Made by a program: the position numbers and the translations under genes
Shown here: in pieces, positions 49,836 to 60,351 of the stretch
How the letters are laid out: each line of letters starts with the position of its first letter
Position numbering within the stretch: the first letter of the stretch is position 1
The notes under the pieces: model-generated
Database searches by the model: none
What the model was told of the DNA's origin: nothing
What the model saw: the letters and a program-made list of their open reading frames with translations, nothing else
Source: Patescibacteria group bacterium
GTDB taxonomy: Bacteria > Patescibacteriota > Minisyncoccia > Phycocordibacterales > Phycocordibacteraceae
Reading direction: 5' to 3'
DNA: 64,000 nucleotides
Assembly (NCBI GenBank): GCA_013815345.1
Contig: JACDGK010000001.1
Location: forward strand, 102,434-166,433

Positions 49836-51836
49836 CTACCCCACGATTACCGCTCCCTCAGAATAGGTCTCGTCTTTTACTTTCGGGGTAATGCCGTTTG
49901 CGATCAAGAGCTTTTCAAAATCTTCGCGTTCAAGTGTTTCTACTTCCACAAGTCGGAGAGCAATGGCGTCAAGTGCGCCGCGGTGTTTGGTGATGACCTC
50001 GGTTGCGGTCTTTTTTCCTTTCTCCACAATCTGTGCGACTTCGCTGTCGATCTTGGCTGCAAGATCTTGAGAATACGACTCCGGTCCAAATGCGCGGTCT
50101 GAGGCAAAAGCCGCCGGGCCGATCGTGTCACTCATACCATAGCGAGCGACCATGTCGCGAGCGACTGCGGTAGCAACGGCGAGATCATTTGAAGGTCCTG
50201 TTGTCACATCATCAAATATCATCGTTTCAGCAGCGTATCCTCCGAGCATGGTCGCGATGTCATCGATAAATTCTTTTTTGGATGGCATTTTCTTATCTTC
50301 AAACGGAAGTTTCAAAGTGTACCCCCCAGCGCGTCCGCGACTGATGATAGAAACTTTATGGACAGGGTCTGCGTATGGAAGCACTGAAGAGACAAGCGCA
50401 TGGCCCGCTTCATGATATGCCGTGATGCGTTTTTCTTTCGGTGAAAGGAGATGCGACTTGCGTTCAGGACCAAGCATGACCTTCTCGATCGAACGTATGA
50501 GATCATACTGGGTGATTTCCGTGCGGCTTTCACGCGCAGCAAGGATTGCTGCTTCATTCATGAGTGAGTAGAGCTCAGCTCCAGAGAAACCAGGCGTGCG
50601 TTCAGCGATAACATCAAAGTTTATGTCCGGGCCAAACGGCTTCTTGCGAGCGTGCACAGAAAGTATCTCGAGGCGGTCTTTGCGATCGGGTAGATCGATA
50701 GTCACGCGTCGGTCAAAACGACCGGGGCGCAAAAGCGCAGGATCGAGTACATCAGGACGGTTTGTTGCGGCCATTACGATCACCTTCTCTGTTGGCTCAA
50801 ATCCATCCATCTCGACGAGAATCTGGTTGAGTGTCTGTTCGCGTTCATCGTTACCTCCACCAACACCAGAGCCACGCACTCGACCCACCGCATCGATCTC
50901 ATCGACAAAAATGATGGCCGGTGCTGAACGTTTCGCCATCTGGAAGAGATCGCGGACACGGCTTGCGCCGACACCCACGAACATTTCAACGAATTCAGAA
51001 CCTGAGATGGAATAAAAAGGAACACCCGCTTCTCCTGCTACCGCGCGAGCGAGCAACGTCTTTCCTGTGCCTGGAGCTCCCATGAGAAGAATGCCTTTCG
51101 GAATGCGCGCACCGATATCCAGGAATTTTTTAGGATTCTTTAAGAAATCCACTATTTCAAGCAGTTCTTCTTTCGCTTCTTTGGCGCCCGCAACGTCTGC
51201 AAATGTCACGCGCTGATTCGTATCTGCGGGATCGATCATGCGTGCTTTAGATTGTCCAAACGTAAATGCTTGCATGCCCGCACCTTTTACCTGGCGCGCG
51301 AGAAACCAGAACAACACCGCGAGAAGGATCGTCGGCAAAATAAGTGGTCCCAGCGTGATCAGCCAATACGTAAACCCGGACTCGTTCGCAATCGTGATTG
51401 CAACTTTCGAGAGCTGGTCAGGTGTTACACCATACGGTACAAGTGTTTCAGGAAGACCTGAGTTAGGATCTTTCATCGAAGTCTTTTCACTCTTGTCGTT
51501 ATACGTAAGCGTCAGGTCATTTCCTGAAACCTTGATGGTGCTTATTGTTCCTGCCTTTATGTCATTAGCTACCTGCGAAAGTGAAATGATCGGCTTCGCT
51601 TTCGTCCCCGTAACGATAAGCGTGTAGGCACTCATCAAAAGAAGAAAGATGAGAATGATCGAGATAAGATTGCCGGTAAAGCCGCCTCCAGACGTAAAGA
51701 GACGACCGGGTCCTCGCCCTTTAGGACCGTTCGGCAACTTCTTGCCGTGCCTGTTCCCCTTTTGATCCTTTCGGTTCTTGGGTCCCTGAGGCTCCGGCGG
51801 TAGTTGCGGAGGTATTGGATTGCGGATAGGAGCCAT
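49836..51836 (-). CDS. ftsH: ATP-dependent zinc metalloprotease FtsH
   Basis: [19 protein letters not shown] and HEAGH motifs; start tentatively MAPIRN. Confidence 0.97.
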   Translation of the reverse strand: MAPIRNPIPPQLPPEPQGPKNRKDQKGNRHGKKLPNGPKGRGPGRLFTSGGGFTGNLISIILIFLLLMSAYTLIVTGTKAKPIISLSQVANDIKAGTISTIKVSGNDLTLTYNDKSEKTSMKDPNSGLPETLVPYGVTPDQLSKVAITIANESGFTYWLITLGPLILPTILLAVLFWFLARQVKGAGMQAFTFGQSKARMIDPADTNQRVTFADVAGAKEAKEELLEIVDFLKNPKKFLDIGARIPKGILLMGAPGTGKTLLARAVAGEAGVPFYSISGSEFVEMFVGVGASRVRDLFQMAKRSAPAIIFVDEIDAVGRVRGSGVGGGNDEREQTLNQILVEMDGFEPTEKVIVMAATNRPDVLDPALLRPGRFDRRVTIDLPDRKDRLEILSVHARKKPFGPDINFDVIAERTPGFSGAELYSLMNEAAILAARESRTEITQYDLIRSIEKVMLGPERKSHLLSPKEKRITAYHEAGHALVSSVLPYADPVHKVSIISRGRAGGYTLKLPFEDKKMPSKKEFIDDIATMLGGYAAETMIFDDVTTGPSNDLAVATAVARDMVARYGMSDTIGPAAFASDRAFGPESYSQDLAAKIDSEVAQIVEKGKKTATEVITKHRGALDAIALRLVEVETLEREDFEKLLIANGITPKVKDETYSEGAVIVG

Positions 51837-51900
51837 GACTTCGACACTATACAATAATATGTATAGTAATGAAACAACATCGTTCACTTAGAAGTTCGGT

Positions 51901-52344
51901 ATGAATTTACTCGAAAATAAAAAAGTCAGACTACGCTTTTCCCTACTCGAATCCTTCCAGGCGGGCATGGAGCTTTCGGGTGGCGAAGTAAAGGCGCTGC
52001 GCAACAAACTTGGCAGCTTGGAGGGTTCGCGCGTACTCGTGCGAGGTGGAGAAGCATACCTTGTTGGTTCAACGATACCGCCGTACCAAACTGCAAACAC
52101 TACAACGACCTATGACCCGGAACGAACGCGTCGACTACTCCTTTCGAAGAAAGAAATCGCAGAACTTGCTGAAGCAGAATCACGTAAAGGCTTGACAGTA
52201 GTGCCTTTAGAAGTGTATAATGCGGGCAGGTATATTAAGCTACGCGTAGCGATTGCGCGCGGCAAAGGCAAAGAGGACAAGCGTGAAGATTTAAAGAAAA
52301 AAGATGCCGACCGCGAGAGCGCACGTCTCTTGAGAAAGAAATAA
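51901..52344 (+). CDS. smpB: SsrA-binding protein
   Basis: AGMELSGGEVKALR, RTRRLLL and DKRE motifs. Confidence 0.96.
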   Translation: MNLLENKKVRLRFSLLESFQAGMELSGGEVKALRNKLGSLEGSRVLVRGGEAYLVGSTIPPYQTANTTTTYDPERTRRLLLSKKEIAELAEAESRKGLTVVPLEVYNAGRYIKLRVAIARGKGKEDKREDLKKKDADRESARLLRKK

Positions 52345-52397
52345 TGTTCGACGTCGTCGTTACTAAGAGACAGTTTTGAATAGATATCGGCCAGTCG

Positions 52398-52433
52398 CGG
52401 GCTCGATTGCTTCTCCTGAAGCAATCGAGCCCG
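52398..52433. repeat. 16-bp perfect hairpin abutting the tmRNA 5' end
   Basis: CGGGCTCGATTGCTTC-tcct-GAAGCAATCGAGCCCG. Confidence 0.85.
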
Positions 52434-52847
52434 GGGGTGACCGGTTTTGACGGTCTGCCCTTTGAGAAACGTGCGACGCGATGGAATCTTGCTGACCATC
52501 TGAATCTCGCAAGCACCCAATACCTGCCGACAAAACTGTTGCAGGCGCAAAGGTATCTCCGTACTTTACGGCAAAGAACTTTGCGTTCGCTTACGTGTAA
52601 GCTTGAGCCTCGGCTCGTTTAGCGTAACGACGTTCACTCTTCCCGGGTTCTCATAGCCGGTCGAATGGGCGAAATCTTCTATGGGATCGATAGCCGTGCG
52701 CCCACACGTGCTGTTCAGACTTCGGGCGTAGACAGAAAAGGTTTCGCTGACATTTCTACTTTTCTGTTGAAACACTAATAGCAGCTACGTGTCGTAGACT
52801 CGTTCTCAAAGCCAGATTCGGACGGGGGATCATACCCCCCACCTCCA
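52433..52847 (+). ncRNA. ssrA: tmRNA
   Basis: GGGGGTG/CACCTCC-A acceptor with G3:U pair, TTGAC D-like loop, internal tag ORF at 52526-52600; next to smpB. Confidence 0.92.
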
Positions 52848-52967
52848 CCGATATAGAACTATATGGAAACATATAGAACATTAAGGCCACTCAAAGGAGT
52901 GGTCTTTTGTTTAGTATGAAAATGAAGAAGCCCCGAGAGAGACTGAGGCTCTTCGGGACTCGATAGG

Positions 52968-53467
52968 CTAATCATTACTGTGAGAGTTTAGAACTTTCTG
53001 AATTATGCGCTCGTTGAAATTGAGATGTCTGCATAACGATCCAGATAGTGAATGGCGATAGTTGGAAACTCAACTTTTAAAAGAGCTTCTCTTTTCGTAG
53101 CGGTTGCTCTCCAACGCTCTGTATCCTCAATACCAAAAATGACATTGTTGGGCTGAAGTATCGACAGAATATCTGGATGAGACGTGTCTATATCTGAGAT
53201 AAAAACACGATCAACACATCGTAACGATTCCACCATTTGTGCTCGATATTTCTCCGAGACAATTGGCCTCCTTGAGCCTTTATACGATGCAACATTTATA
53301 TCTGATAGAACACATGCGACTAAGACAGCTCCAAGCTTCTTTGAGCGCTCGAGCAAATGAACATGTCCGACGTGCAGAAGATCAAAGCTGCCACCCACCA
53401 ACGTTACCGACTTTCCTTGACGTACCGAGTCTTTTACCGCTTGAGCGGACATAAAAACTTTACCCAC
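52968..53467 (-). CDS. Cytidylyl/adenylyltransferase (HIGH family); apparent 1-nt frameshift near 53006
   Basis: GSFDLLHVGH and KGSRRP motifs. The ORF stops at 53003 after ISTSA, but the -1 frame continues IIQKVLNSHSND. Confidence 0.85.
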
Positions 53468-53588
53468 GACATTCTCCTTCCAAACTCATGATTCTAAAAA
53501 TACTATACAATATAAGTATAATATAAGCAACACATGCACATAATTTATGAGCGGTAGTGCATGCACATTAAAATGCTACGATTACTCT

Positions 53589-54059
53589 ATGCCCAAGAAA
53601 TATACTGATGAGGAGTACGCTGCCCTACTCCCCAAAAAACAAGTTGGGACTGCAGTACTGCTTTTTAATACCAAGGGCGAATTGCTTATTGTAAAACCAG
53701 ACTATAAGGACGGGTGGCTCGTCCCCGGAGGTTCCGCTGATGAAAACGAATCTCCTCTTCATTGTGCTCTGCGAGAGACGAAAGAAGAGCTCGGACTTGA
53801 GCTCACTACGTTGCAGCTAGTAGGAGTATATTATGCTCCCAAAAAAGGAGTATATACAGATTCACTTAAGTTTATATATTTCGGTGGAGTCTTAAACGAG
53901 GATAAAATAGCAACGATAATGTTGGAGACCGAAGAACTCGAGGAATATACCTTTACTGCCACAGAAGATGCGTTGCCGCTTTTATCTTCGAGCTTACAAA
54001 AGAGCTTACCAAAAAGCCTTGAGGCTATAAAAAATAATACTGTTGCCTATATTGAGTAA
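53589..54059 (+). CDS. NUDIX hydrolase
   Basis: PGGSADENESPLHCALRETKEELG. Confidence 0.92.
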   Translation: MPKKYTDEEYAALLPKKQVGTAVLLFNTKGELLIVKPDYKDGWLVPGGSADENESPLHCALRETKEELGLELTTLQLVGVYYAPKKGVYTDSLKFIYFGGVLNEDKIATIMLETEELEEYTFTATEDALPLLSSSLQKSLPKSLEAIKNNTVAYIE

Positions 54060-54119
54060 AAGGAAATCCGGGACGACTCGCATGTGCGAATAATCCCGGA
54101 TTACAAGTTTGAATCTGCT

Positions 54120-54686
54120 TTAGTCTTCATAGTCTTTTGACCAAGGGAAAGAGTAGCTACCTCGGGGAAGAATAGAGAAATCAGGTTTCCTGCTTGCGAC
54201 GTACGCAAGCGTAGATACTTTTATCTCCTCAGCGCCCGATGCGGTTAGATATTCAATCGCCACGTCAATCGTTGCTCCAGTATGTAGAGAATCATCTACA
54301 ATTAATACCTTTTTACCGGAAACATTCCCATTGCTTTGCGCCGAGACCACAGGCTTTACAGTCTGGAACAAGTAATGGTGATACATACTCATAATCCAGC
54401 GCAGAGGTATTGGATCAAGGCTATACCTGCGTGCGATGGTAATATTTCGACGAACAAGCAGATGCAGCACTGGAATATCTAACGTTTCTCCGATTCGTTC
54501 ACCAGGCACTGACCCTCCCGTATCTATGGCAATGACCATATCAGGGTTGTAGCTTTTCTTAAGCTCTTGTGCGAGCGCGTCGCAATACGCAAACACTTCT
54601 TGCCGAGAGATTCTTACTCTTGTTCTATCCGCGAGCAGATCTTGCACTATTCTTAGAAACAAAGGACTCTTCATTTCGCACCTCAT
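54120..54686 (-). CDS. Type I phosphoribosyltransferase
   Basis: VLIVDDSLHTGAT PRPP loop; C-terminal FPW as in Gpt-like purine PRTs. Confidence 0.88.
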   Translation of the reverse strand: MRCEMKSPLFLRIVQDLLADRTRVRISRQEVFAYCDALAQELKKSYNPDMVIAIDTGGSVPGERIGETLDIPVLHLLVRRNITIARRYSLDPIPLRWIMSMYHHYLFQTVKPVVSAQSNGNVSGKKVLIVDDSLHTGATIDVAIEYLTASGAEEIKVSTLAYVASRKPDFSILPRGSYSFPWSKDYED

Positions 54687-55116
54687 TTTGATATAGACAA
54701 AAAGCTTTCAAGAGCACCATACCACATAATCAGATTCTGTCATCCTACTAACAGGTAACGGATTGATTCAAGGTTCTAATCTCTCATCCTAGTTTTGAGC
54801 ACTCTGTAGGCACATATTGGCTTTCGTGTACTCATTTTGATACCCACTCATCCACCACTCGTAGGAAATACGAGGAGCTGTTTTGCATCAGCGAGGTTCT
54901 AACCTGGAATAACCAATTCCACTAATAAATAGAGCGGCCGCCTTCTTAGGCGGTTTTCGCTTATTAGTGGAAGTGGAAGAAGCGAACTACTTCGCTTCTG
55001 TGGGGTATGACCGGCCGGAGCATGTGCGAGTCATCGAGCAAGCGAGGCGAGGTCGAGAGCACTTAACGAGTCTTCGAGTTTAGTGACTCATGACTCAATC
55101 CCCCACCTCCACAAAT

Positions 55117-55143
55117 GTAAAAATCGCTTAAAGCGATTTTTAC
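55117..55143. terminator. Bidirectional terminator
   Basis: GTAAAAATCGCTT-a-AAGCGATTTTTAC. Confidence 0.75.
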
Positions 55144-55155
55144 GCAACCTTCGTA

Positions 55156-55821
55156 CTACTCCTTCTCACTTTTACTTACTTTCTTTGCTTCTTCAGTGAG
55201 CTCATTCAAATTTGTAGGTATAGGGTTTTTTTTCAGAAGATTCGCCATGTACGTCAGGTTATAGACCATGTGACGAAGCGTTTTGTTGGTATAGAGTGCT
55301 TTTTCTCCACCGGCTTCAAGATAGCTGGGGCCAGGACCTGCGCTTCCAACCCAGTAGGTGTTCGACGTAGGAGGGAGCGTACAACCGAGCTCATTTAATG
55401 CCCATGCCACGCGTGCAACAACGGCATGTGCGCCATCCTCGTTTCCGGTAACGATAACTCCAGCAACTTTTCCATACATAATGGTCTGACCAGTTTCAGA
55501 ATCCATAAGTTCTTTCTCATGGAATACGGCATCCAGACGTTCAATGACACGTTGAGCCAATGAGCCCGTGAAGCCAACCCATATTGGCGTCGCAATAATA
55601 AATATGTCGCATTCTTTTACTTTAACGAGAAGTTCCGGCCACTGATCTCCGTCACCCTCATCTGAACTTGTGCCTGGTTGCACGGTATAATCGGCTATAC
55701 GTAAAACTTCTGTTTGCACATTGAGGATTGAAAACTGTTCGGCTACTTTATGAATAAGCGCATCTGTATTAGAGATAGCGGGCGATTTTTTAAGTGTGCA
55801 ATTGAATATAAGCGCTTTCAT
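55156..55821 (-). CDS. Flavodoxin family / NADPH-dependent FMN reductase
   Basis: NCTLKKSP..SNT, ATPIWVG and GNEDGAH motifs. Confidence 0.88.
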   Translation of the reverse strand: MKALIFNCTLKKSPAISNTDALIHKVAEQFSILNVQTEVLRIADYTVQPGTSSDEGDGDQWPELLVKVKECDIFIIATPIWVGFTGSLAQRVIERLDAVFHEKELMDSETGQTIMYGKVAGVIVTGNEDGAHAVVARVAWALNELGCTLPPTSNTYWVGSAGPGPSYLEAGGEKALYTNKTLRHMVYNLTYMANLLKKNPIPTNLNELTEEAKKVSKSEKE

Positions 55822-55827
55822 AAGTAT

Positions 55828-56187
55828 TTATGCAGGTTGCCAAAGTTCAATAGGATTTCCCTCTGGATCCTGTACCCGCGCGAACTTTCCCATCTCTGGC
55901 GATGCGTTCCATTCATCACGTACCTCTACCTCCACACCCTTTCCCTTGAGGTCTGCGATTAGGCCTTCCAGATCGGATACGCGGAAATTGATCATCCACT
56001 GCTTTTCGAGCGAGAAATAATCCGAATCCTTCGGAAACGGTTCGAGTACCGTAGGGCCTGCTGCTTGTTGCCATACAAATTCGCTGATAACTATACCGAG
56101 CACGTCGGTATACCACTTCTTAAGCGCCACTGGGTCATTGGCACGAAAGAATAGTCCGCCTATCCCTAAGATTTTGCTCATGGGCAT
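55828..56187 (-). CDS. VOC/glyoxalase family protein
   Basis: GIGGLFFR, NFRV and DPEGNPIELW. Confidence 0.9.
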   Translation of the reverse strand: MPMSKILGIGGLFFRANDPVALKKWYTDVLGIVISEFVWQQAAGPTVLEPFPKDSDYFSLEKQWMINFRVSDLEGLIADLKGKGVEVEVRDEWNASPEMGKFARVQDPEGNPIELWQPA

Positions 56188-56254
56188 AATTATACGCTAG
56201 TACCGCTGACCATTTTCGGGTTGAGTCTACTTGCGAAACCTATAAGATGAGCAC

Positions 56255-57079
56255 ATGGATCATTACACTTCTATAAAAAAGGTCGTTGAGCACATCGTGG
56301 AGAATAAATTACAGGCTCGCTCTCTTGAGGAAATCGCCGCATCCATGCAGATGAGTCCTGGCTACCTTCAAAAACTCTTTACAGAGTGGGTCGGCATTAC
56401 CCCCAAACAATTTGGAAGATATTTAAGCGTAGAATACGCTAAGGAACTCCTGAGGCAGAATCAGAATACTATGCAAGCGACTATTCATTCGGGGTTGAGC
56501 AGTAGCGGCAGACTCCACGACCTTTTTGTCGACATCGAGGCCATGACGCCGGGTGAGTATCAAAAACGAGGAGCTACTCTCACCATTAACTATTCAACAT
56601 TCGAAACCAAGTTTGGTTTGTGTTTGGTCGCTTCGACCGAGCGCGGTATCTGCAATATTCTTTTCTTCGAAAATCCAAAAGATGGCCTCCGAGAGCTTAC
56701 CTCTTTATGGCCAAAGGCGAATATCGTACATAAAATTGAACCTCTCCACGAGGCACTACGAGATTATTTCTCAAACCTAACATCTCAGTCAAAAATCAAA
56801 CTCCATCTGCAAGGAACGAATTTTCAGATCAAAGTATGGGAGGCACTTCTATCCATTCCGGAGGGCACCATTGCAACGTACGGTGAGATCGCTCGAAAGC
56901 TCGGCTCTCCCAATCAATCAAGAGCAGTAGGTGCTGCGGTTGGTGATAATCCAATCAGCTATCTTATTCCCTGCCACCGTGTACTTAAGTCGACTGGTGA
57001 GATAAGCGGGTACCGATGGGGCGTAAGCAGGAAGCGAGTCATGTTGGCATACGAAGCGATGCAGAAAGAAACGGCGTGA
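56255..57079 (+). CDS. Ada-like AraC-HTH plus methylated-DNA-protein-cysteine methyltransferase
   Basis: WVGITPKQF, GTNFQ and IPCHRV active site. Confidence 0.93.
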   Translation: MDHYTSIKKVVEHIVENKLQARSLEEIAASMQMSPGYLQKLFTEWVGITPKQFGRYLSVEYAKELLRQNQNTMQATIHSGLSSSGRLHDLFVDIEAMTPGEYQKRGATLTINYSTFETKFGLCLVASTERGICNILFFENPKDGLRELTSLWPKANIVHKIEPLHEALRDYFSNLTSQSKIKLHLQGTNFQIKVWEALLSIPEGTIATYGEIARKLGSPNQSRAVGAAVGDNPISYLIPCHRVLKSTGEISGYRWGVSRKRVMLAYEAMQKETA

Positions 57080-57184
57080 GCGCGGCCGCTGAGTGGGTAG
57101 CTGAATAAAAAGAATGCCTTGTTCAGTACCTCGCTACAGTGGTATAGTCCCGTCAGACGTGATTTTTGATGAGGGAAACCACTT

Positions 57185-58264
57185 ATGGACAGGAATGCAG
57201 TGTTCCTTCCTGGTTCCGTCATAGGAATTTTGGGAGGTGGACAACTGGGCAAGATGACAGCGTTAGCCGCTTATCAGCTCGGCTATAAGGTGATCGTTTG
57301 GTGCCAAAGTGCGGAAGAGCCCGCGGCACAGATAGCGACCTATAAAGTCATCGCGCCCTTTGATGATCTTGAGGCGCGACAAAAGTTTCTCATGTACGCC
57401 GATGTCGTGACGTACGAGTTCGAGAATGTGTCTCACTCGCTTGCGGTTGCCATCGAGAAGACACGAGTACTGCGATCATCCGCAAGCATCCTCGCGATTA
57501 CCCAAAACCGCTGGGAGGAAAAAAGTTTCCTAAAACGCATCGGGATTCCGACGGTTCGCACGATGCCAATTCGTACCTATGCAGAAATGCAGGCATGTAA
57601 GATTTTTGCCGTTCCTTCAATACTCAAGACCGCCCAAAATGGGTACGATGGGAAGGGCCAGGTGCTTATTCGTACACACCAAGAACTCGAGACGAAGTGG
57701 CACCTTTTCAAAGGGGTGCCTTGCACACTCGAGGAAAAAGCAGCAGTCGAGTACGAAATATCAGTGATCGTCGCTCGAGATACACGTGGCCTCATCGAGA
57801 TGTATTCTCCGATCGAGAATGTGCATGTAGAGGGTATTCTTGATCGATCATATTATCCTGGTGATCACGCGTCTCCTGCCATTGAAGCGACTGCTCGCGC
57901 TATTGCCCAAACCATAGCAGAGCGCCTTCATCTTAATGGCCTTCTCGCAGTTGAAATGTTCGTTCTGAAAAATGGGCGGGTGCTCGTGAATGAGATTGCT
58001 CCGCGGCCACATAATTCGGGTCATTTAACGATCGAGGCGTGTCGCACCAGTCAATTTGAGCAACATGTGCGGGCGGTGTGTAATTTGCCGCTCGGCTCTA
58101 CGCACATGCGTCCCGGCACATGGGCCATGCAAAACTTGATCAACGTGGACGAGAAAGAGTGTGGTCGTTATTTCGGCAACGAGTGCGCAAGCGTTCATTG
58201 GTATGGGAAGAAAGAACCGCGCATTGGCCGTAAAATGGGTCACGTGACGTTTGGTCCCAAGTGA
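57185..58264 (+). CDS. purK: N5-carboxyaminoimidazole ribonucleotide synthase
   Basis: GGGQLG, GYDGKGQ, NEIAPRPHNSGH and RKMGHVT motifs. Confidence 0.95.
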   Translation: MDRNAVFLPGSVIGILGGGQLGKMTALAAYQLGYKVIVWCQSAEEPAAQIATYKVIAPFDDLEARQKFLMYADVVTYEFENVSHSLAVAIEKTRVLRSSASILAITQNRWEEKSFLKRIGIPTVRTMPIRTYAEMQACKIFAVPSILKTAQNGYDGKGQVLIRTHQELETKWHLFKGVPCTLEEKAAVEYEISVIVARDTRGLIEMYSPIENVHVEGILDRSYYPGDHASPAIEATARAIAQTIAERLHLNGLLAVEMFVLKNGRVLVNEIAPRPHNSGHLTIEACRTSQFEQHVRAVCNLPLGSTHMRPGTWAMQNLINVDEKECGRYFGNECASVHWYGKKEPRIGRKMGHVTFGPK

Positions 58265-58334
58265 GTTCAAGCCGTTTCTTTCCTTCGGGATTGGGATGGC
58301 TTTTCTTTTTTATATTCCTCCGTATGCTGCTTTT

Positions 58335-58892
58335 ATGAAACGACTTCTGCAGTCATGGTTTGTTGGTGACGCTGTTGCGCTCGCGCCAAAGTTACTCGGC
58401 AAAATTATAAAGTATCGCGACTGTTCCGGTATCATCGTGGAAACTGAAGCATATACAACTGACCCTGCTTCGCACGGCTACCGCATTACGCCGAGAAGTC
58501 AGATCATGCGCGACACGTACGGAAAGTGGTATGTGTATTTCACCTATGGGATGCATTTCTGTGCGAACATAACGACCAACAAGGGTGGTATCGGTGCAGT
58601 GCTTATCCGTGCGGTCGAGCCGCTCGTTGGAACAGAAAAAATGGAAGAGCGACGCGGTATTTTTGAGGTGCAGAATCTCACGAACGGACCTGCAAAATTT
58701 TGTAAAGCATTCGGCATCACAAAAGCTGAAAATGGGCTACCGATCGCGGGTGATTTTTCGATCTATGATGCTCCAGAGCTTTCTGCTCAGGAAATAGGTA
58801 TTTCATCCAGGATCGGCATCAGCCAGGGAATCGATCTTCCGTGGCGTTTTTACATAAAGGGAAACCCGTTCGTAAGCCGCAAATCAAATTGA
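58335..58892 (+). CDS. DNA-3-methyladenine glycosylase (MPG/AAG family)
   Basis: IVETEAY, YVYFTYGMH, AVLIRA and GPAK motifs. Confidence 0.93.
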   Translation: MKRLLQSWFVGDAVALAPKLLGKIIKYRDCSGIIVETEAYTTDPASHGYRITPRSQIMRDTYGKWYVYFTYGMHFCANITTNKGGIGAVLIRAVEPLVGTEKMEERRGIFEVQNLTNGPAKFCKAFGITKAENGLPIAGDFSIYDAPELSAQEIGISSRIGISQGIDLPWRFYIKGNPFVSRKSN

Positions 58893-58899
58893 AATAAAT

Positions 58900-59160
58900 T
58901 TATCCGTACAATTCACTATGCGTACCAATGAGAGCAAAAATAATAATCGACTCATCTTGAAGAAAATACAATGCTCGTACGTCCCCGTTGACGTTGATAC
59001 TCCAGTATCCCCCATACCTACCTTTGAGTGGATGATTTCTTAATTGGGGACTTGCTGGATCCACAAGAAAAAGTTTTAGCTTTTCAATAAATTGTCTTTG
59101 AAATTTTTTAGAGAGCTTCTTATATTGCTTTTTAAAGTTGGGATGATACTCGACCTCCAT
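58900..59160 (-). CDS. RelE/YafQ family toxin
   Basis: LRNHPLKG..SINVNGDVR..IGTHSELY. Confidence 0.9.
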   Translation of the reverse strand: MEVEYHPNFKKQYKKLSKKFQRQFIEKLKLFLVDPASPQLRNHPLKGRYGGYWSINVNGDVRALYFLQDESIIIFALIGTHSELYG

Positions 59161-59166
59161 ATCAAG

Positions 59167-59436
59167 CTATGTATTAAGGTCCGCTATAAAATCATCAGCA
59201 TTCGTAAACCCTTTGCTGACCTTTCCACTCCTGATATCGGCGTCAATTTCCGCAATAAGTGCTTCAAGTTTTGGAGTCATCTGCTCAGGGGCATAAAGCT
59301 CAATACGCCTTGTCGCGACAATTTGTCGCAGATACGCATTCACAAGGGTGCTTAGAGAGATACCAGCACTTTCTGCAACCTCTTGTGCTGATTCCTTAAC
59401 ATCTTTGTCGATTCGTACGCTTATGACAGTATTCAT
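59167..59436 (-). CDS. RelB/DinJ family antitoxin
   Basis: RHH pattern ISVRIDKDVKE..GISLSTLVNAYLRQ. Confidence 0.9.
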   Translation of the reverse strand: MNTVISVRIDKDVKESAQEVAESAGISLSTLVNAYLRQIVATRRIELYAPEQMTPKLEALIAEIDADIRSGKVSKGFTNADDFIADLNT

Positions 59437-59524
59437 ACTACAAAGTATATACATTGTAACCATAGTGTCAATCTCTTTTTGTGTAGCAAGAGAGCCATAT
59501 TTGTGCTATAGTGGCCTTTCATTC

Positions 59525-60115
59525 ATTGCTTTGAGTACCCTCGAAAAGACGCGAATAAATAAGGAGATACGCGCAGCGGAGCTGCGCGTCATCGGTGCAC
59601 AGGGTGAAAACCTTGGGCTGCTTTCTTTTGCTGATGCCCTCAAGGCTGCCCAAGACGCTGGATTGGACCTTATAGAAATATCGCCAAACGCCGTACCGCC
59701 AGTTGCGAAAATCATGGATTATGGTAAATATGAATACGAGCGAAGCAAGAAAGAAAGCGCCGCCCGAGCGAAAGCCAAGGTCTCCGAAACCAAGGAAGTC
59801 CAGATAAAAGTCGGTACGGGAGAGAACGATATGCGCCTCAAGGCCAAAAAGGCAGCCGAATGGCTCGCTGAAGGGCACCGAGTGCGTATGGAACTTTTCC
59901 TTAAGGGTCGGTATAAAGGCATGGAGGAAGCATTTCTCAAAACCCGCCTCGAGAAATTCATGCTCCTCATCCCCCATGCCTACAAAATAGCTGAACCGGT
60001 CGCCCGTGCACCAAAAGGATTCGCCGCGATCATCGAACGCGACACGAAAGTCGTCACTCCAAAAGACAGTTCGACAAAAAACACTGAGGCACCAAAAGAA
60101 AACCATGAAAACTAA
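59525..60115 (+). CDS. infC: Translation initiation factor IF-3 (non-AUG start)
   Basis: RINKEIR, DLIEISP..PPVAKIMDYGKY. The in-frame start candidates after the TATAGT -10 box are ATT 59525 or TTG 59531. Confidence 0.93.
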   Translation: MALSTLEKTRINKEIRAAELRVIGAQGENLGLLSFADALKAAQDAGLDLIEISPNAVPPVAKIMDYGKYEYERSKKESAARAKAKVSETKEVQIKVGTGENDMRLKAKKAAEWLAEGHRVRMELFLKGRYKGMEEAFLKTRLEKFMLLIPHAYKIAEPVARAPKGFAAIIERDTKVVTPKDSSTKNTEAPKENHEN

Positions 60116-60311
60116 CAAAGCATTCACCAAGCGCATTAAAGTTACCCGCAATGGGAAGCTTGTTTCGCGCAAGCCAGGACAGGACCATTACAATGCCCTG
60201 GAATCTGGTCGTGAGAAGGGTCACAAGGGCGGTACGCAGAATCTCACCATCACGAGCCGTAGTCGTCGACGTTTTCTTCCTGGTCATGGAGGAAAAACGC
60301 TGAACGCATAA
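60105..60311 (+). CDS. rpmI: 50S ribosomal protein L35
   Basis: MKTNKAFTKRIKVT.NGK; lies between infC and rplT. Confidence 0.92.
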   Translation: MKTNKAFTKRIKVTRNGKLVSRKPGQDHYNALESGREKGHKGGTQNLTITSRSRRRFLPGHGGKTLNA

Positions 60312-60351
60312 TTTTAATACTGTTTAATCCTAGCCATTTAATTTACCTGGT

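Larger units (their letters stand above)
52836..55112. mobile_element. Integrase-less islet at the tmRNA 3' end
   Basis: CCCCCACCTCCAC at 52836-52848 is repeated at 55100-55112 and followed by a terminator; three cargo genes. Confidence 0.65.

Noticed and set aside
55002-55112. Possible second, miniature or permuted tmRNA (GGGGTATGACCGG...CACCTCCA)
   Set aside because: No tag ORF and an imperfect acceptor pairing; better explained as inverted plus direct copies of the ssrA 3' end.
59348-59524. Long N-terminal extension of IF-3
   Set aside because: It overlaps the antitoxin gene and lies upstream of the -10 box; a non-AUG infC start is well known and not novel.
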